Below are positions 37,195 through 50,283 of a stretch of DNA of 64,000 nt, in pieces. This stretch comes from Chiloscyllium plagiosum. Its lineage: Eukaryota. The notes under the pieces are model-generated. The model was not told where the DNA came from, searched no databases, and was given only the letters and a program-made list of their open reading frames with translations. Location of the stretch: the NCBI RefSeq assembly GCF_004010195.1, contig NC_057718.1:34435239-34499238 (forward strand), given 5' to 3'. How positions within the stretch are numbered: the stretch's first letter is position 1; the number at the start of each line of letters is the position of its first letter. The position numbers and the translations under genes were made by a program.

Positions 37195-37376
37195 CTTTCT
37201 CCTTTATTAAACTGCTATTGTTTTGATCACTTTTTTTCCAAATTTCCAATGCAACAGCTTCGAAAATAGTAGTCACTGCTCCAAAAATTCGAGGAAATCA
37301 ACTCCCTCACTGAAAACACCTCAAAAAAGGAGCAGCTCTTACAACCATAATTTCTTCCTATCCACTATCTTGGATA
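37195..37376 (-). repeat. Interspersed repeat, possibly an L1-like 5' end (copy 1)
   Basis: Reverse complement of 46441-46585. Confidence 0.6.
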
Positions 37377-37569
37377 TTGTACACAATGGCCAAGATTGGA
37401 GGGATTTTGATTTTCAATTGAAAGTACTATGCGTGCCAACTCAGGCTACAATTGTATGAGGAAAAGAGCATTTTATGACTCTGCTCAGGCTACGATTTAC
37501 TAGGCAGCTGTGACCTTCACAATCCCAAATGTTTTGGAGTCTTGGACAACACAAAACAGGCATCTCAAG

Positions 37570-37700
37570 TAAGGAATGCAGATGCCGGAGATCAAAGTCG
37601 AGAGTGTGGTGCTGGAAAAGCACAGCAGGTCAGGCAGCATCCGAGGAGCAGGAAAAATGTTGATTCTCCTGCTCCTTGGATGCTGCCTGACCTACTGATC
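37570..37700. mobile_element. Collapsed Penelope hairpin
   Basis: ggtcaggcagcatccgaggagcagga is mirrored by tcctgctccttggatgctgcctgacc. Confidence 0.85.
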
Positions 37701-37999
37701 TCAAAGCACCAGGGAAATACCATCAGCTGTGCCTTCAGAAGATTTTTCCACATCTGGTGGTAAGGATAACGTTCACCGTAGCATACGCTCCTAGTCCAAT
37801 ATGTTCAGCACCAAAGCACTCAGCACCGAAATGAACTCTGCTGCATAACGCATTTTATTCACAGTCCTGATATCAGATGCCTGAAGAAGCTGTTCCACTC
37901 TCTACTTAGTTGTGGCAGGATGACAGTGAAAACGTTTTAGGGATGTCTCAAAGTATTCCCAAAGAAGTCGAACATACACATTGACTCATAGAGATTGGC

Positions 38000-38116
38000 T
38001 GAGCTTTTGCCTGAAACGTCGATTTCCTGCTCCTCGGATGCTGCCTGACCTGCTGTGCTTTTCCAGCAACACTTGAATCTTGACTCTGATCTCCAGCATC
38101 TGCGGTACCCACTTTC
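38000..38116 (+). mobile_element. Single Penelope terminal arm
   Basis: gcttttgcctgaaacgtcgatttcctgctcc...ccagcatctgc. Confidence 0.8.
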
Positions 38117-39840
38117 GCCTGGCTTGTGACTGACCGAACAGGGGAAGCTCATTAAGGGAAACATCAAACACGTTGGGAGACTTCTTCAGGAAGACACAGG
38201 GGTGAAGTCAAGGCACTGGAGAGAGTGCACAAATCTCCAAATATCTCAAATAGCTTTAAGCACCAGCTGCCCTGCCTGCCTTGCACATTGAATTTAACAG
38301 CCACCTCCAAACCCATCCAACATCACTGAAAGCTAATCATCCTGGGTCCTGAGAGACAGCCAAAGAAGAGAAACATGCTGGTCCACCAGCAGGTGAACAG
38401 AATTCTTCAGCAAATATCACATCTTAAGCACGGGTTTAACAAATCAGAATGCAAAAACAAACTTGTAAGGGTTTGAACATCTCATATTTGTCTGCAAACT
38501 AATGCAAATATAGAATGCAAAAACCTTCTCAACATCACGCAGTCAAATCTCACAAGCTACATGTCACAGATTAGTCACTTTTATATCTAATGTTGTTTTA
38601 GAAAGTATGTTTTTAATTATTTGCAGGAAATGGATTTCTTTGAGTAATCTGATAAATTAGTCATTTGACTTGATCTTCTATTACGTGAGGTTTTATTATT
38701 TTCTGCTGTCAAAAACAGAACTAAATAAACTTGCGCCAGAAAATGACATCTGACCCATTCAGTAAACAAAGGAATGGAGCAGAATTATACTGTTAGATTA
38801 TACAGTAAACAGACGGAGTAAATTCATAGATACATTCTATTAATGTGATTAATAACTCTCTCTTGACTGGTGTTACCTCCACCCTGAACCATCTCTAACA
38901 CCCCTTGTTCCACCAACAGTTGAATTATGATACAGAATTATTTAATAAAAGCACGATGCTTTATCGTGTTATTAAGAGTCGCTATTGTAAAACTATTATC
39001 CTCTGGTTTCTAGTATTTCCAAAAATATTTCATGACATTGTGCTAACGATCAGTTTGCCATTTCACTGAAAATAAATGCCAATGAGCTCATTTAAAGTCT
39101 CACAAGGGCCTGTCAATACTTTGTGACAATTTTCTCCTTTACAGACTTGGGTGCTTCTATGCTCAAAGTTGGTTCTCTGCTGAGCTGTTGACTTTTTCCT
39201 CAAATTAACCAAGTACATCAGGCCCGGAGAAGGAAATAATCGTCTGAGATTCCCAATCCTGAAGTAGTTGGGGAGGTGTTTGTTTTATTCTACATTAGAC
39301 AAAACTCTGGTCACATCACCCCTTTGTGTTCGATTCTGGATTCCCTAGGTTGAACTTGTGTCCTGAAGCTGGGACCTCAATGTCAGGTGAATGTTTGGGT
39401 ACTGGGCCTTGTCCGCAGTCTGAATTTGACAAGCAGGCTAATTAGGAACCAGGGTGCTGCTCTGTTTACTGTACAATAGGAGGATCCTCCTTTATGGACA
39501 GATTGGTAGCCCTGCCATCAGATATGATTGTTGTTGATATAATTAAGAAATGTGGAGAGGTGTGGGGTGGGGCCTCAAGATGGAGGTGCCTTTACAAGAG
39601 ATTTGTAAAAGTGGAAACATTAAAATGGCCATGGAGTGACAACCCCGCTGAAGCTGGAAGGCCAGTGGCTGCAGCTTTGGCTCAATAGCCATTGTGGATT
39701 TGCAAGGGGGTGTTCTTCGAGCTGGATGGGATGTTGGTTGCTCCTCCAACCTGCTGCTGGCAGGCTGCTTCAATTGGGGACCCCTAAGCAAGCAAAAAAC
39801 AAATGGCACTCGGAAATTGTTTTCAACAGGCCCTTGTCAA

Positions 39841-39930
39841 AAAGTGTGGCACTGGAAAAGCACAGCAGGTCAGGCACCATCCGAAGACCAGGAGAGTTGA
39901 TGTTTTGAGCATAGGCCCTTCATCAGAACT
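39841..39930 (-). mobile_element. Penelope terminal arm with a mutated hammerhead
   Basis: gaaaagcacagcaggtcaggc...gcataggcccttcatcag. Confidence 0.75.
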
Positions 39931-42519
39931 TACCTGCTGACAGTGGATAGGGAGCTACATCCCTCAACACCACACCACCCTCACCCCATTCAGAGATGGT
40001 GTCACGATGGCACACTGGCAGTCCAGGTGGAGGTGGGAAATCACATACCCATCATCGACGCTGATCGCACCTGTACGCCTCTGCAAAAATTCATCCCCGC
40101 AGCTCAGGAATGTCTCAGAGGGGGTAGGTTACAGGTTCACTAGAATGATAACTGGAAGTGGAAAGATCAAAATATGAGGATAGGTTGTATGGACAAGAGT
40201 TTATATTTCCTTGATTATATAATGTTAAGAAGTGATCTAACTGCAGTGTTTAAAATAATAAGCTTCATAACGATTGTTTGATTCGTTGTTTACTTGTTAT
40301 AATTTGATACATTAGGAGACAGAAAGTCTTGCCTGTGGCAGGGAGAGCAGAAGCCATGTTCTGCTCATTGATTCAAGTTAAAACTGATTCGCCGGTAAAA
40401 AGTGACAGCTTTGGCAAAACTCACTCATTCTGATTGCAGTTATTAGTTGCTTAAAACTGTGATTTATTAAAGTCATTCTGAAAAGTAAGCATGAATGCAA
40501 CAATTTAATAAGTAGATTTTGTACTATGCCAACCAATGTGATATGTGGCTCCATGATTTCTGAGTCACTGCTGAGTTAACTGATCTCAGCCAAAGTAAAG
40601 CAACTGGGACTGTGACCAGCCTCGGTGCAACAAAGAAGGAGGGGAGGGATAAAACCTGCCAGGGGTTCTTCTGCTTGTGATCAAGTGCTATGTGCAGATG
40701 CTATCTAGAGTGCGATCAAGATCAACTTCTGCTTTCCCAGGGTTAGAAAACCCACTGACACTCAATTTCTTGCCTCCCACTTGCAGGAGGTGGGAGTTGC
40801 TGCTGATGTGGGTAGCAATTCCACAGGCAAACTGCAGAGGAGAAAACCGAGGGTGGGAGGGTGGTCGGGAAGGTGAGGGGCAATGAAGATAAAACTTGTT
40901 GTTTGCATCCTCTTCCTTATTCATTTGCTCACAACTCAAACTGCTAACTTTTCACCAGTTATGGCAGCTTGCATCGTTTGGATCATTAAGTGAATGAACT
41001 ACATTGTTCCGCAGTACCCAAAGAAACATTAAAAGAGACAAGACTATATTCTTTGAAATCTTTCATCCTTACCAATATAAAAACTGCTTTCAAAATGTAG
41101 ATTTTATTTTGATGGAGGGGTGAGGGACAATGATGTCATTTGTTATTTAGCACTGCAAATGTCAGCTTACGTGTTAAAGCATTTAAAAAAAACTGCAAAA
41201 ACAATCTGAAAAGAGATTTTGAATTAGAACCCAGTGTGATTTGCAAGAGCTAGCACAAGAAACATTATTTTGCCATTCATACTTGTGAATTTGGAAATCC
41301 TTTTAAAATCATTAATTGAAGGAAAACCATCAGTGTGTAACTGTTCGCTTCTTTTTTGGACTAAATGTTTTCGATAGTCAGTTGTTACATAACACCTTTT
41401 GTGGCCAGCAACGACTATAAAGGCACAAAAGCACAGCAAGTAACACTATTCAAAGAGCTGCATTTTTTTTATCTGAGTCAACCGAAGCGGCATGAAACAG
41501 ACGGGCCTATCTTTAAATTGCACCAACAGGGTCTGTTTTTCATCATTGATTAATAATCGTGGAGCCCCATCATCGTTCTGTGCAGAGACCAGCTTCCCAC
41601 AGGCCCTTTTAGCACTGAAATTAAGGCTTGCTCTAATTCAATATCATGACAGTGTTTAAAATGCTTTGAATGCCTTTTCACTAGCTGAGTGCAGGAAGAA
41701 CTACGTGTGACCTGTTGACCTCCACCCCCCCGAAACGTCGGCCGCTTCAGCCAGGCCGTTAAGAAACCTTTTCAGACTTCGCTGAGAGCACTGCAGCTCT
41801 TCGCAACAAAGCAGCCTTAAATAAACACCTTCCCAAATATTTTGAAAGTACAATGCACCTTAAAGCAACCATGAATCCAATAATTTAGCATTGAGGAAAT
41901 GTACTTCAGACCTAAGGAATGTTACTTGAATATATCCAGCTGAATAGATTGGAAAATTTACATATTTGTAACCTATTCCATTAACAAGTTCAATGCGTGG
42001 AGTTACTTTAAAAAAATTGGAAGAAGCTACAATTTGTGTGGCTGCACACCACAATGCGTTCTGTGTGCCAACATTCAAATCAATTTCTCCTGGCAAAAAT
42101 GATCACATCTTGGAAAAATCACTTAACAAATTCCTAAATCAACACCAGCTGCTACAATTCTTTATTCATGAAATGATCCATCCGAAAAAGATGGTAATTC
42201 TCAGGGTTAGTTTTTTTTAAAACATAATCAGCATGACTTGGACAATGAGGCACTGAGCTAGTCTGCCAGTGAAGAAAATAAATCAACTCTTAAAAATATC
42301 TCGGATGAGAAGCTCAGTTGGAAACCTGGCGTTGAGAATTAAATATTTAAAATAATGGCGTAGGGTAGACTTTTATTAACATTGTCTCTGGTTAGAGCCT
42401 ATGTCCTAACTCATAAACTTCAAGATCTGTTCCAGAACTTGTTAGAATTTGTAAATGTTTGTAATGCTTTTGAACGTAATTGTCTTAACTGTTTTCTTTC
42501 ACAGTGAGTGTGAATACCA

Positions 42520-42640
42520 TTGAATTGAATTCGCTTTATTGTCACATGTACTCAAATGAGTACAGAGAAAATTTATACGTTGCCACTTACACTACCGTCT
42601 TACGTACACAGCTACCTAGGTACAGGTAGCTGTCAGGTCA
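42520..42640 (-). repeat. Rex1/RTE-like tailed repeat fragment
   Basis: ttgaattgaattcgctttattgtcacatgtactc; similar to the 4229 copy. Confidence 0.45.
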
Positions 42641-43639
42641 GTCAGAGTCAAGGGATCCATACCTCTTCAGTCTAGAGGAGTGGGTCACCATCAGCCCTAT
42701 GGATCCAGTGCAACCAATTCCAGTATCTTGAGATACAAGTCAAGGAACTGTATAGATATCAGTCGGGGGTTGCTTATTGTTCAGGACTGTCTGGCTAAGT
42801 CATTCAAGGGGCTGGACCAAAATCAGTCCTGGTGGTCTGCCCACCATAAGTCGAGGTGGGTGTTTATCAGGTTCTGCTGCTTGGGGAACTCAATTATTGC
42901 GATTGCAACTAGAAATTTGGGATGCAGAGAGGGTTACAGTACTGAAAGAGGAACAACTCAATATATAAAGGAAGGAGAGATAATTGAGCATGGAAGGCGG
43001 TAATGCAGAGGAGGGGAGTTCATCAACAATCAGCAGCTCTCTGGTTTCAATGGAGGTGACAGTGGATTACAGTACAGTTTAGGGCAGAACTTTTCACTGT
43101 GGCACCGACCATTTATCAACTGAGAAACTCAGCTACATGGGAGCTTCAAAACACATATCGGCTCCATAGATTGTAATTCTTTCATGAGAAATGTTTTTTT
43201 TAACTGGCATGTTTACTTGGTGTGCCTGGGGTAGAGAGCAGGTGCAGTCTTAAATAGATGTGTTGGGTGGTTCTATGAGGGGAGGTTCAAAGCCATCAGC
43301 GTTGCTGGGGAGGGCTACCAAGAAGGGAACATTCACATTTAAGGGTTAAACTCTGAAAAGAAACTGAGCATGAGGATGAGCGACTGCTGTTGCTTTCCAT
43401 TATGTTGGAAATAACTAGTGCGCAACAAAGGTAGAAACAGCTCCACCCAGAGTGGACAGCTAAGTGTTTTTTGCCATGAGGAATGGCAAGGGAGGAAGGG
43501 AGCTTCTACCTTCAGTGATGAAAGGTCTTTCAAGGGGCAACAGTACAACACAGACATCCATACATACAGGCGAAATGATAACTTATTGGACCTGAGACCA
43601 ATAAACATGGTGTAAACCTTATGCGTTAACCTCCTGTGT

Positions 43640-44258
43640 GCAGTACAAATCCTTACTCCAATCTCTCATCACCGTATAGTCATGATTGAGCCTGCCATCC
43701 CAACACACTCAAACATTGGATTTCAGATCCAAATCACTTGCCATTGTTTCTTTTGCAGTTGACTTAAATTGTTGTCTATTGATTCTTGTTTTCTCTATTG
43801 ATGGCACCAATTTCTCCTTATCAGCTCTATCCAGTCCTCTTATAATCTCGAATGCCTCTTTCAAATCTTCTCCTCCAAGGAGAACAGCTCTATTTTCTCC
43901 AATCTATTGACATAACTGAAGTTCCTCATCTCTGGGATTATTCTCCTGATTCATTTCAGTTACAGTTTTTTTCAAGTTTTCACATCCTACCTAGAGTGTG
44001 ATGCTCACAACTGAATGTAATATTCTAGTTAAGGCTGAACCAATGTTTTATATAGGTTTTATGATAACTTGTTGTTTTCGTACTTTATGCTTATTTATAA
44101 AGCTCAGGATGCTATTTTTTTTAACATTATTCTTAACCTGTCCAGACAATTGCAATGATTTAAGCACAAATACCCACAAGTCCCTCTATTTTTGTATCTT
44201 GTTTAGAATTGTATCCTTTATTCTATGTTGTCTCTTGTCATTGTTCCTTCCAAAGTAA
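43640..44258 (-). mobile_element. Old CR1 3' fragment
   Basis: Decayed LEYC-like gctcacaactgaatgtaatattctag and the downstream region. Confidence 0.6.
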
Positions 44259-44261
44259 CGG

Positions 44262-44405
44262 CATTGGGATGGGTAAATGAATAGGAAGGATTTAGGGGGA
44301 TATGGGCCAAATGTTGGTAAATGGGACTAGATCAGATTGAGATGTCTGGTCAGCATGGTTGAGTTGGACCGAAGGGTCTGCTTCAGGGCTGTATGACTCT
44401 ATGAC
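44262..44405 (+). mobile_element. CR1 3' tail
   Basis: gagttggaccgaagggtctg...tatgactctatgac. Confidence 0.85.
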
Positions 44406-44904
44406 CATTTCATGGAACTTTACGAATTAATCTTCCTAATTGCTCTGGTACAATAGCATTGTTTAGCTCCTGGACGGAATGACCCTCATTGCTAAAGTAG
44501 CAAGCACTTGCGATTTGCAAATAGCCTGCACATGGTGTGGAAGCTGCTCAGTTTACACCTTGAACCATCAAACATTATATAATACAAAGGACGGGTAGGC
44601 TGTGTTCCTTCAATGTTGTACATACGGCTAGACAGAGACATATGCACACAGCTCATGAAGTTAAGTGAATATTGATTCACATATTTGAAAATGTATTTAC
44701 ACTGGCAAGTGTTGAGATGTCCTGAGGGAGTGAGTAGGTAGTGCAGAGGCCATGCAGCATTAATGGCTTGGCCGAGGTGCTGGGAGGTTTGGGCAAGATC
44801 AAGTGAGGAAAGATGTTGCATGCAACAGTGCGAGTGGTAGAGCTTGACCCTTGTTGGGAAGTGGATGCAGTAGTAGAGATTGAGTAAGTGTGAATGGAAT
44901 TATA

Positions 44905-45130
44905 CCTGAATGGAGAAGGCCATTGGTCTTCCTGTGGCACTGTTGCACATCCCTCCAGATTGTTGAGACTACTCAGACCCACAAGACTAACACAGACTAG
45001 GCTGGCAGGGCTTGAGTGCTGTGGTCTCCTTTGCCACTTGTGTGGCTGGAGGATATTCATTGTCTGCTCCATGCTGTCCACCAGGATGTCCAGATGCCTG
45101 TCCACAAAGTGAGGCAAGAAGTTCCAATTC
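44905..45130 (-). mobile_element. Harbinger Myb/SANT-like gene remnant
   Basis: PHFVDRHLDILVDSMEQTMNILQP...RRP, then a frameshifted QCHRKTNGLLHS and a GT donor (cf. PRF...LEVL...QCRKRxNDL). Confidence 0.6.
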
Positions 45131-46440
45131 TCTGCAATGTCGAGGGCAAATGTCTCCAAATGAGCAGGGCAACTCTGGACTGCTAGCACTTTATGGGGTG
45201 CACAGCAATGGTGCTGGTGCCAGGGATTGTGGGATATCTGAGCAGTGGTAAATATTTCTGCCTGCGGCATTTGGGAAAATCAGGCGAGCATTGGACAATA
45301 GGGGCGGAAGGGAGACAAGGTGTCCAGTTAATCAGGCGAGCTTGGGACGATATGGTGACAAATTCCATTCAGCCTTTTGGAGAGAAGCTCTCTATGAAGC
45401 TTGATGATACTAACACCTGGCCGATTTCTGGTATGATTTAGCTCAAAGAGTATTAGAGTGATGTGGACTGTGTGTCAAAGGATAATATTGGTGAACTCTG
45501 ACCACCTGATAGGACCTGATGTTGTCCTCTACTTACAACTGCATTCATCACATTTTATCTGTTCCTTCTGTTTTAATTTCACGTCATCACATTTGCAACT
45601 ATTCCTCTCTTCCTTTTTTGCCTCTCAGTTCTCATATTTTCATTTGTGCAGAGCTTTCCCGTTTTCAGTTCCCATGTACACTAATTTATTCTTTTCAAAC
45701 CTCTGCACCATCTCACTGGACCTATCGTCTAAGTTTTCTTATTAAACGGTTTGCAAAACACTTCATCCATGAATGTGCTCACTGTATGTGTGCTTTTTCA
45801 TATCATCTCCCAACCTATTGCTAGCTGTTTTGTTTCAGCTCTAGCTTAATAACCTTTGCTGTCCAGTCTTCAGTTCTGATTGAAGTGACCATCTGGCCTG
45901 ACATCAGAGCTGCTGACTGGCCCACTAGCATTTTCAGTTTTCATTTGCAGATACCTCCTTCCTGAAATTGATGGTGGTTCTATTTATCTCCCTCCATTAG
46001 TTCAGTTAAATCTCCACTACTGTTTTAAAGGCAGGAATGCAGGTTGAAGAGGAAAAACAACAGCACGTCCCTGTATATCAGAGATACATAAATGGTTGTC
46101 AGAATGAGGTGCATCCTTTATCTGTGATTCTCCACAAACATATAAAGGAGTGTTATCAACCTGGATTGTAACTCACCATTGTAAAGTAAAACAGTAGTTA
46201 CCTTGGTAATCATCCTGAGTCGAACAAATTTCTTTCTCACCTATGGTCTGCAGCAGGAATGTGTAAGTATAGCAGTTTTGCTAACATCACAGCACATATA
46301 ATGTTCTAGATACGCTGATTCTTCAGTGGCCACAACAACAGTCAGGTTCAAATTAAGACTTGAAAAAGACAGTGAAAATTTGATGGATAGTAGATTGGAT
46401 AACAGGCAAAGTTCAACAGAGTAAAATATATGGAATTCTG

Positions 46441-46585
46441 GATAATCCAAGATGGAGGAAGGGAGAAAGTTGTGGCTGGAAGAACTGCTCCTTTTTTGAG
46501 GTTTTTTTTTCCGTGTTGGAGATGATTTCCTCAATTTCTAGGAGCAGTAATTATTGTTTTATAAGTTGTTGCATTGTTTTGGATC
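46441..46585 (+). repeat. Interspersed repeat, possibly an L1-like 5' end (copy 2)
   Basis: Starts aatccaagatggagg (YY1-like); matches 37195-37376. Confidence 0.6.
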
Positions 46586-46788
46586 GAATGAACTTCCAGA
46601 GGAAGTGTTGGAAGCTGCTGCAACTTCAGCATTTAAAAGGCATCTGGAACTGTATATGAATAGGAAGAGTTTAGAATGACATGGGTCAAATGCTGGCAAA
46701 TGGGTCTAGATTAATTTAGGACATCTAGTCGGCATAGATGAGTTGGGCTGAAGGGTCTGTTTGTGTACTGTACATCTGTATGACTCTA
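46586..46788 (+). mobile_element. CR1 3' tail
   Basis: Matches 12800-13000. Confidence 0.85.
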
Positions 46789-49233
46789 ATCTGGCTCAAG
46801 CCACCTCCTTTTAATTCTCTTCAGAGATCCCTCCCACCCACCCACATGTCTAGTTGCCAAGAGAGCCCTTGATTGGGCTAGGCTTGTGGTCAACAGATAG
46901 GTAATCGCCTTTTGAGTAAATTATGACAGGGCAGTAAAAGCTGGTCTCCTCCATTTTGACAAAGAGTTAATAGCCTCAGATGATGGGGGTGGGGATGAAG
47001 TGATGGGAGGATGACTATTGGTGAAAAAGGAAAAAGAAAAATATAACATATAGTCCCTAGCTTATGACAGCACAAAAATTGTGACTTGGGAAATAACCAC
47101 TGGCTATTTTAGGAAATGTTCTTAAGAAGAGTTTCGGAAACTTTTCAATTTGCAATGGTCTGTTGGGAACTTCAGCATCTTATTTTTTGAAGAGCCAGAT
47201 TCTAAATAGAACGGGCTATGTTGAGGGTTCTGGATAAGATCCAGGATTATGTAAGAAGCACACTGGAAGAAAGATTGACGGTATTCATATTTATTACACA
47301 TGCCAATCAGGGAGGGAGATAAAAGCAGCTGCCATGACAACACCAAGTTTCATTTGTTCCTTTCACTGCAAATCGTAGACCGTGAAAGAAAGTATTTGTG
47401 CTCACGGTCGACCTGTCTTTCACTAAATTCTCTGTATGTTGTGTTGAAAACAGAGCAGAATGTCCCTTCCCAGTGGGGGAAGGGGTTGTGGGAGGAGGAA
47501 GCTAGCAAAACAGAGCTAAGCTCTTTTCAAAAAAAAGTTTGATGGAGGAAAATTTCAAGCAACTTTAAAACAATTCGTTGTCACTGTTTGAACTGCAGAG
47601 GCTTTTGTTCATTCCTTTGAGCCTTTATACATATTTGACGTGTCAACAGTGGATAAGTTCACTGATCAAGGCAGCACACTCCCTCAAACTGTCTACATTG
47701 AAGACAGAGTCATGCCAGAATTGCCAAAGCAAGTGCAACTTTCAGCAAACTTTGAACATCGGTTTGGGAATTAAGATGATTAAATCTGACTACCGAACTG
47801 AGACTCTATGGAGCCACAGTTCTGCACACTTATGGCAGCCTTGGACTTTGTGAACACCAGTGTCGATACCAATGCCAATAAAGTCAAGCACTTTCATTTG
47901 AGTTGACATCAGAAGCTTTGAAGATCAGATGAGAGACAAAATATCGGACACAGAGGTGCTCAGCTGAGCTGGCATGGCATATTGAGGCAGTCACCACTGA
48001 ATTAGGGTGGTCATACTGACTGGACACCTGGCATCCATCTACAAAGGAAATCTGCTCTGAAGAGTTTGAATCTGCTGTGCATTCTTATGGCTCTATTCTG
48101 AAACCTTCTTTAACTTTGATATCGACTTTGAGGCCTGGTACACTTTCACCCAGGACCTCTGTCACTGACGCAATCAAATCAAAGGCAAGGCAGCCTCCTT
48201 TGAAAGCAAATGCTTATTGAAGCAGAGAGAAAACACAGGCAGAGGACATCCTGAACCAGGCACTCATCCACCGCCCAATTTGTGACATCCTGTCCTATTT
48301 GCAGCAGGACCTCCTGGGTGTAGATTGGCTTTAACACTATTCTGTAGCAGTTCCCACCACAGCTGACCTAGTCACCTATCACTCAAAGGACAAACAAAGC
48401 ATGTTTTTAGAACTTAGACAGTATCTGCTTTTGTTATTCCTGTTTGGGAAGAGAGGGCCCAGTGACCTCCATGTACTGCTATCCCACTTGTATTTTTACA
48501 ACTGTGAGCCAGTTGCCAAACTGCAACACCTGGCCAAAGACAGAGAAAGAAACGTCCCATCTTTACCTTCCTCAAACGAACTTTTTCAACCGATAGAACC
48601 TCCCAAAAGTAAGGCATATATGTTTTGAAGTTCAAATAATGGTAAGAGTATAATTTGTCCCCTATTGGCTATATCTCTTAAGTACTAAACATCTTTGCTG
48701 TAATAAAGGTACTTTTAGAAATTCATAACAAAATTAACTTGTTAGTCATCTCTCATTCTGTATAACTTCCAGATTTGTAACATCTACCTGCATCACCATT
48801 CTCAGTTAGGTGCATAAATGTGACAAATGCAAAGATCTAAGATTGCAAAAGAGTCAAACCTGATGATTCAACAACAAAACAAAATTGGCCAGGCAGGAAC
48901 ACAGATGGATGAGAGCGGGCGGTCTTTGTTGGCATTCACTGTTAGTGCAGTTTGGAAGCTGAACAATTACTTTGCAGCCTGGTTCTCTGATCTGAGCTCA
49001 CAATGGTCCTAGAAGATTTTAGACCTTTCAAAAGTTATTGTTACAAATTATTAATAGACAAATAGTAACAAGTTACCCATCCTGAAATACCATGGAAACT
49101 GCTCAAATTGTCCTATTGTCCTTACAATACAAAATGCCACTCACACAGAGGGTAGCTTTGAACCTTGCTCCCATGTCCATCATCTATCTCCTGTCTGAAG
49201 TCTTCTGCTGACCTCAAATCTTTGAGTCACATT

Positions 49234-49556
49234 AGCATGGTGGCTCAGTGGTTAGCACTGCTGCCTCCCAGTGCCAGGGACCCAGGTTCAATTCCCGCCT
49301 TGGCTGACTGCCTGTGTGGAGTATGTATATTCTCCCATGTCTGCATGGGTTCTTTCTGGGTACTCTGGCTTCCTCCCACAATTCAAAGATGTGCAGGTTA
49401 GGTGAATTTGGCTGTACTCAATTACCCATTATGCTTAGGGGTCCTAATCAGGTGTGAATGTAGGGGAATGGGTCTGGGTGGGTTACTCTTTGGAGAGTCT
49501 GTGTGGACTTGTTGGGCTGAAGGGCCTGTTTCCACACTGTAGGGATTCTGTGAATC
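49234..49556 (+). mobile_element. HE1-type V-SINE
   Basis: A/B boxes, V-domain and CR1-like tail. Confidence 0.9.
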
Positions 49557-49952
49557 GCAATCATCCTTAATCTCCTTTATCATTTTCTGCCTCTGCAATA
49601 CAATGAGCCTCTTTTTACCATGCTGTCTTATCTTTATACGCTTTTGGTTTCATTGATTCTCTTCCCACCTTATGCCCCACTTCTGATTCCCTTCCTATAG
49701 TGGTTTAGTGCTCATTTTTCTCACCAGCTCCATGCTTTGCCAACTTGTCCTTTTTTGCCAGTTTACCAACATTAGGAAACAAACAGAGTTTCATTTTAAT
49801 GCATAGCTGTATAAATAGAATATAACATTATATTCTAGTTATAGTATTATAAGGCAGTTAGAAAATAAATTGGCAGCTTCTCAGTCAAAATCATATAGCA
49901 CTTGTATGAGCTGACTCTTTGAAGGAATTGTCCAGTTAGGACTCCATCCTAT

Positions 49953-50283
49953 TATAGACAAATAGACAAAATCTTTTCCCTCGGGTGGGTGAATCCAGAA
50001 TTAGAGGGCATAGGTTTAGGGTGAGAGGGGAAAGATATAAAACAGACCTAAGGGGCAACCTTTTCACTCAGAGGGTGGTACGTGTATGGAATGAGCTGCC
50101 AGAGGAAGTGGTGGAGGCTATTACAATTGCAACATTTAAAAGGCATCTGGATGGATATATGAATTGGAGGGATATGGGCCAGGTGTTGGCAGGTGGGACT
50201 AGATTGGGTTGGGATAGCTGGTTGGCATGGATAAGTTGGACTGAAGAGTCTGTTTCCATGCTGTACATCTCTATGCCTCTATG
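49953..50283 (+). mobile_element. CR1 3' fragment
   Basis: RIRGHRF...FTQRVVRVWNELP followed by the tail. Confidence 0.9.

Noticed and set aside
46225..46270. Possible microexon (ctgcag...gtaagt)
   Set aside because: Too short and unsupported; expected by chance.
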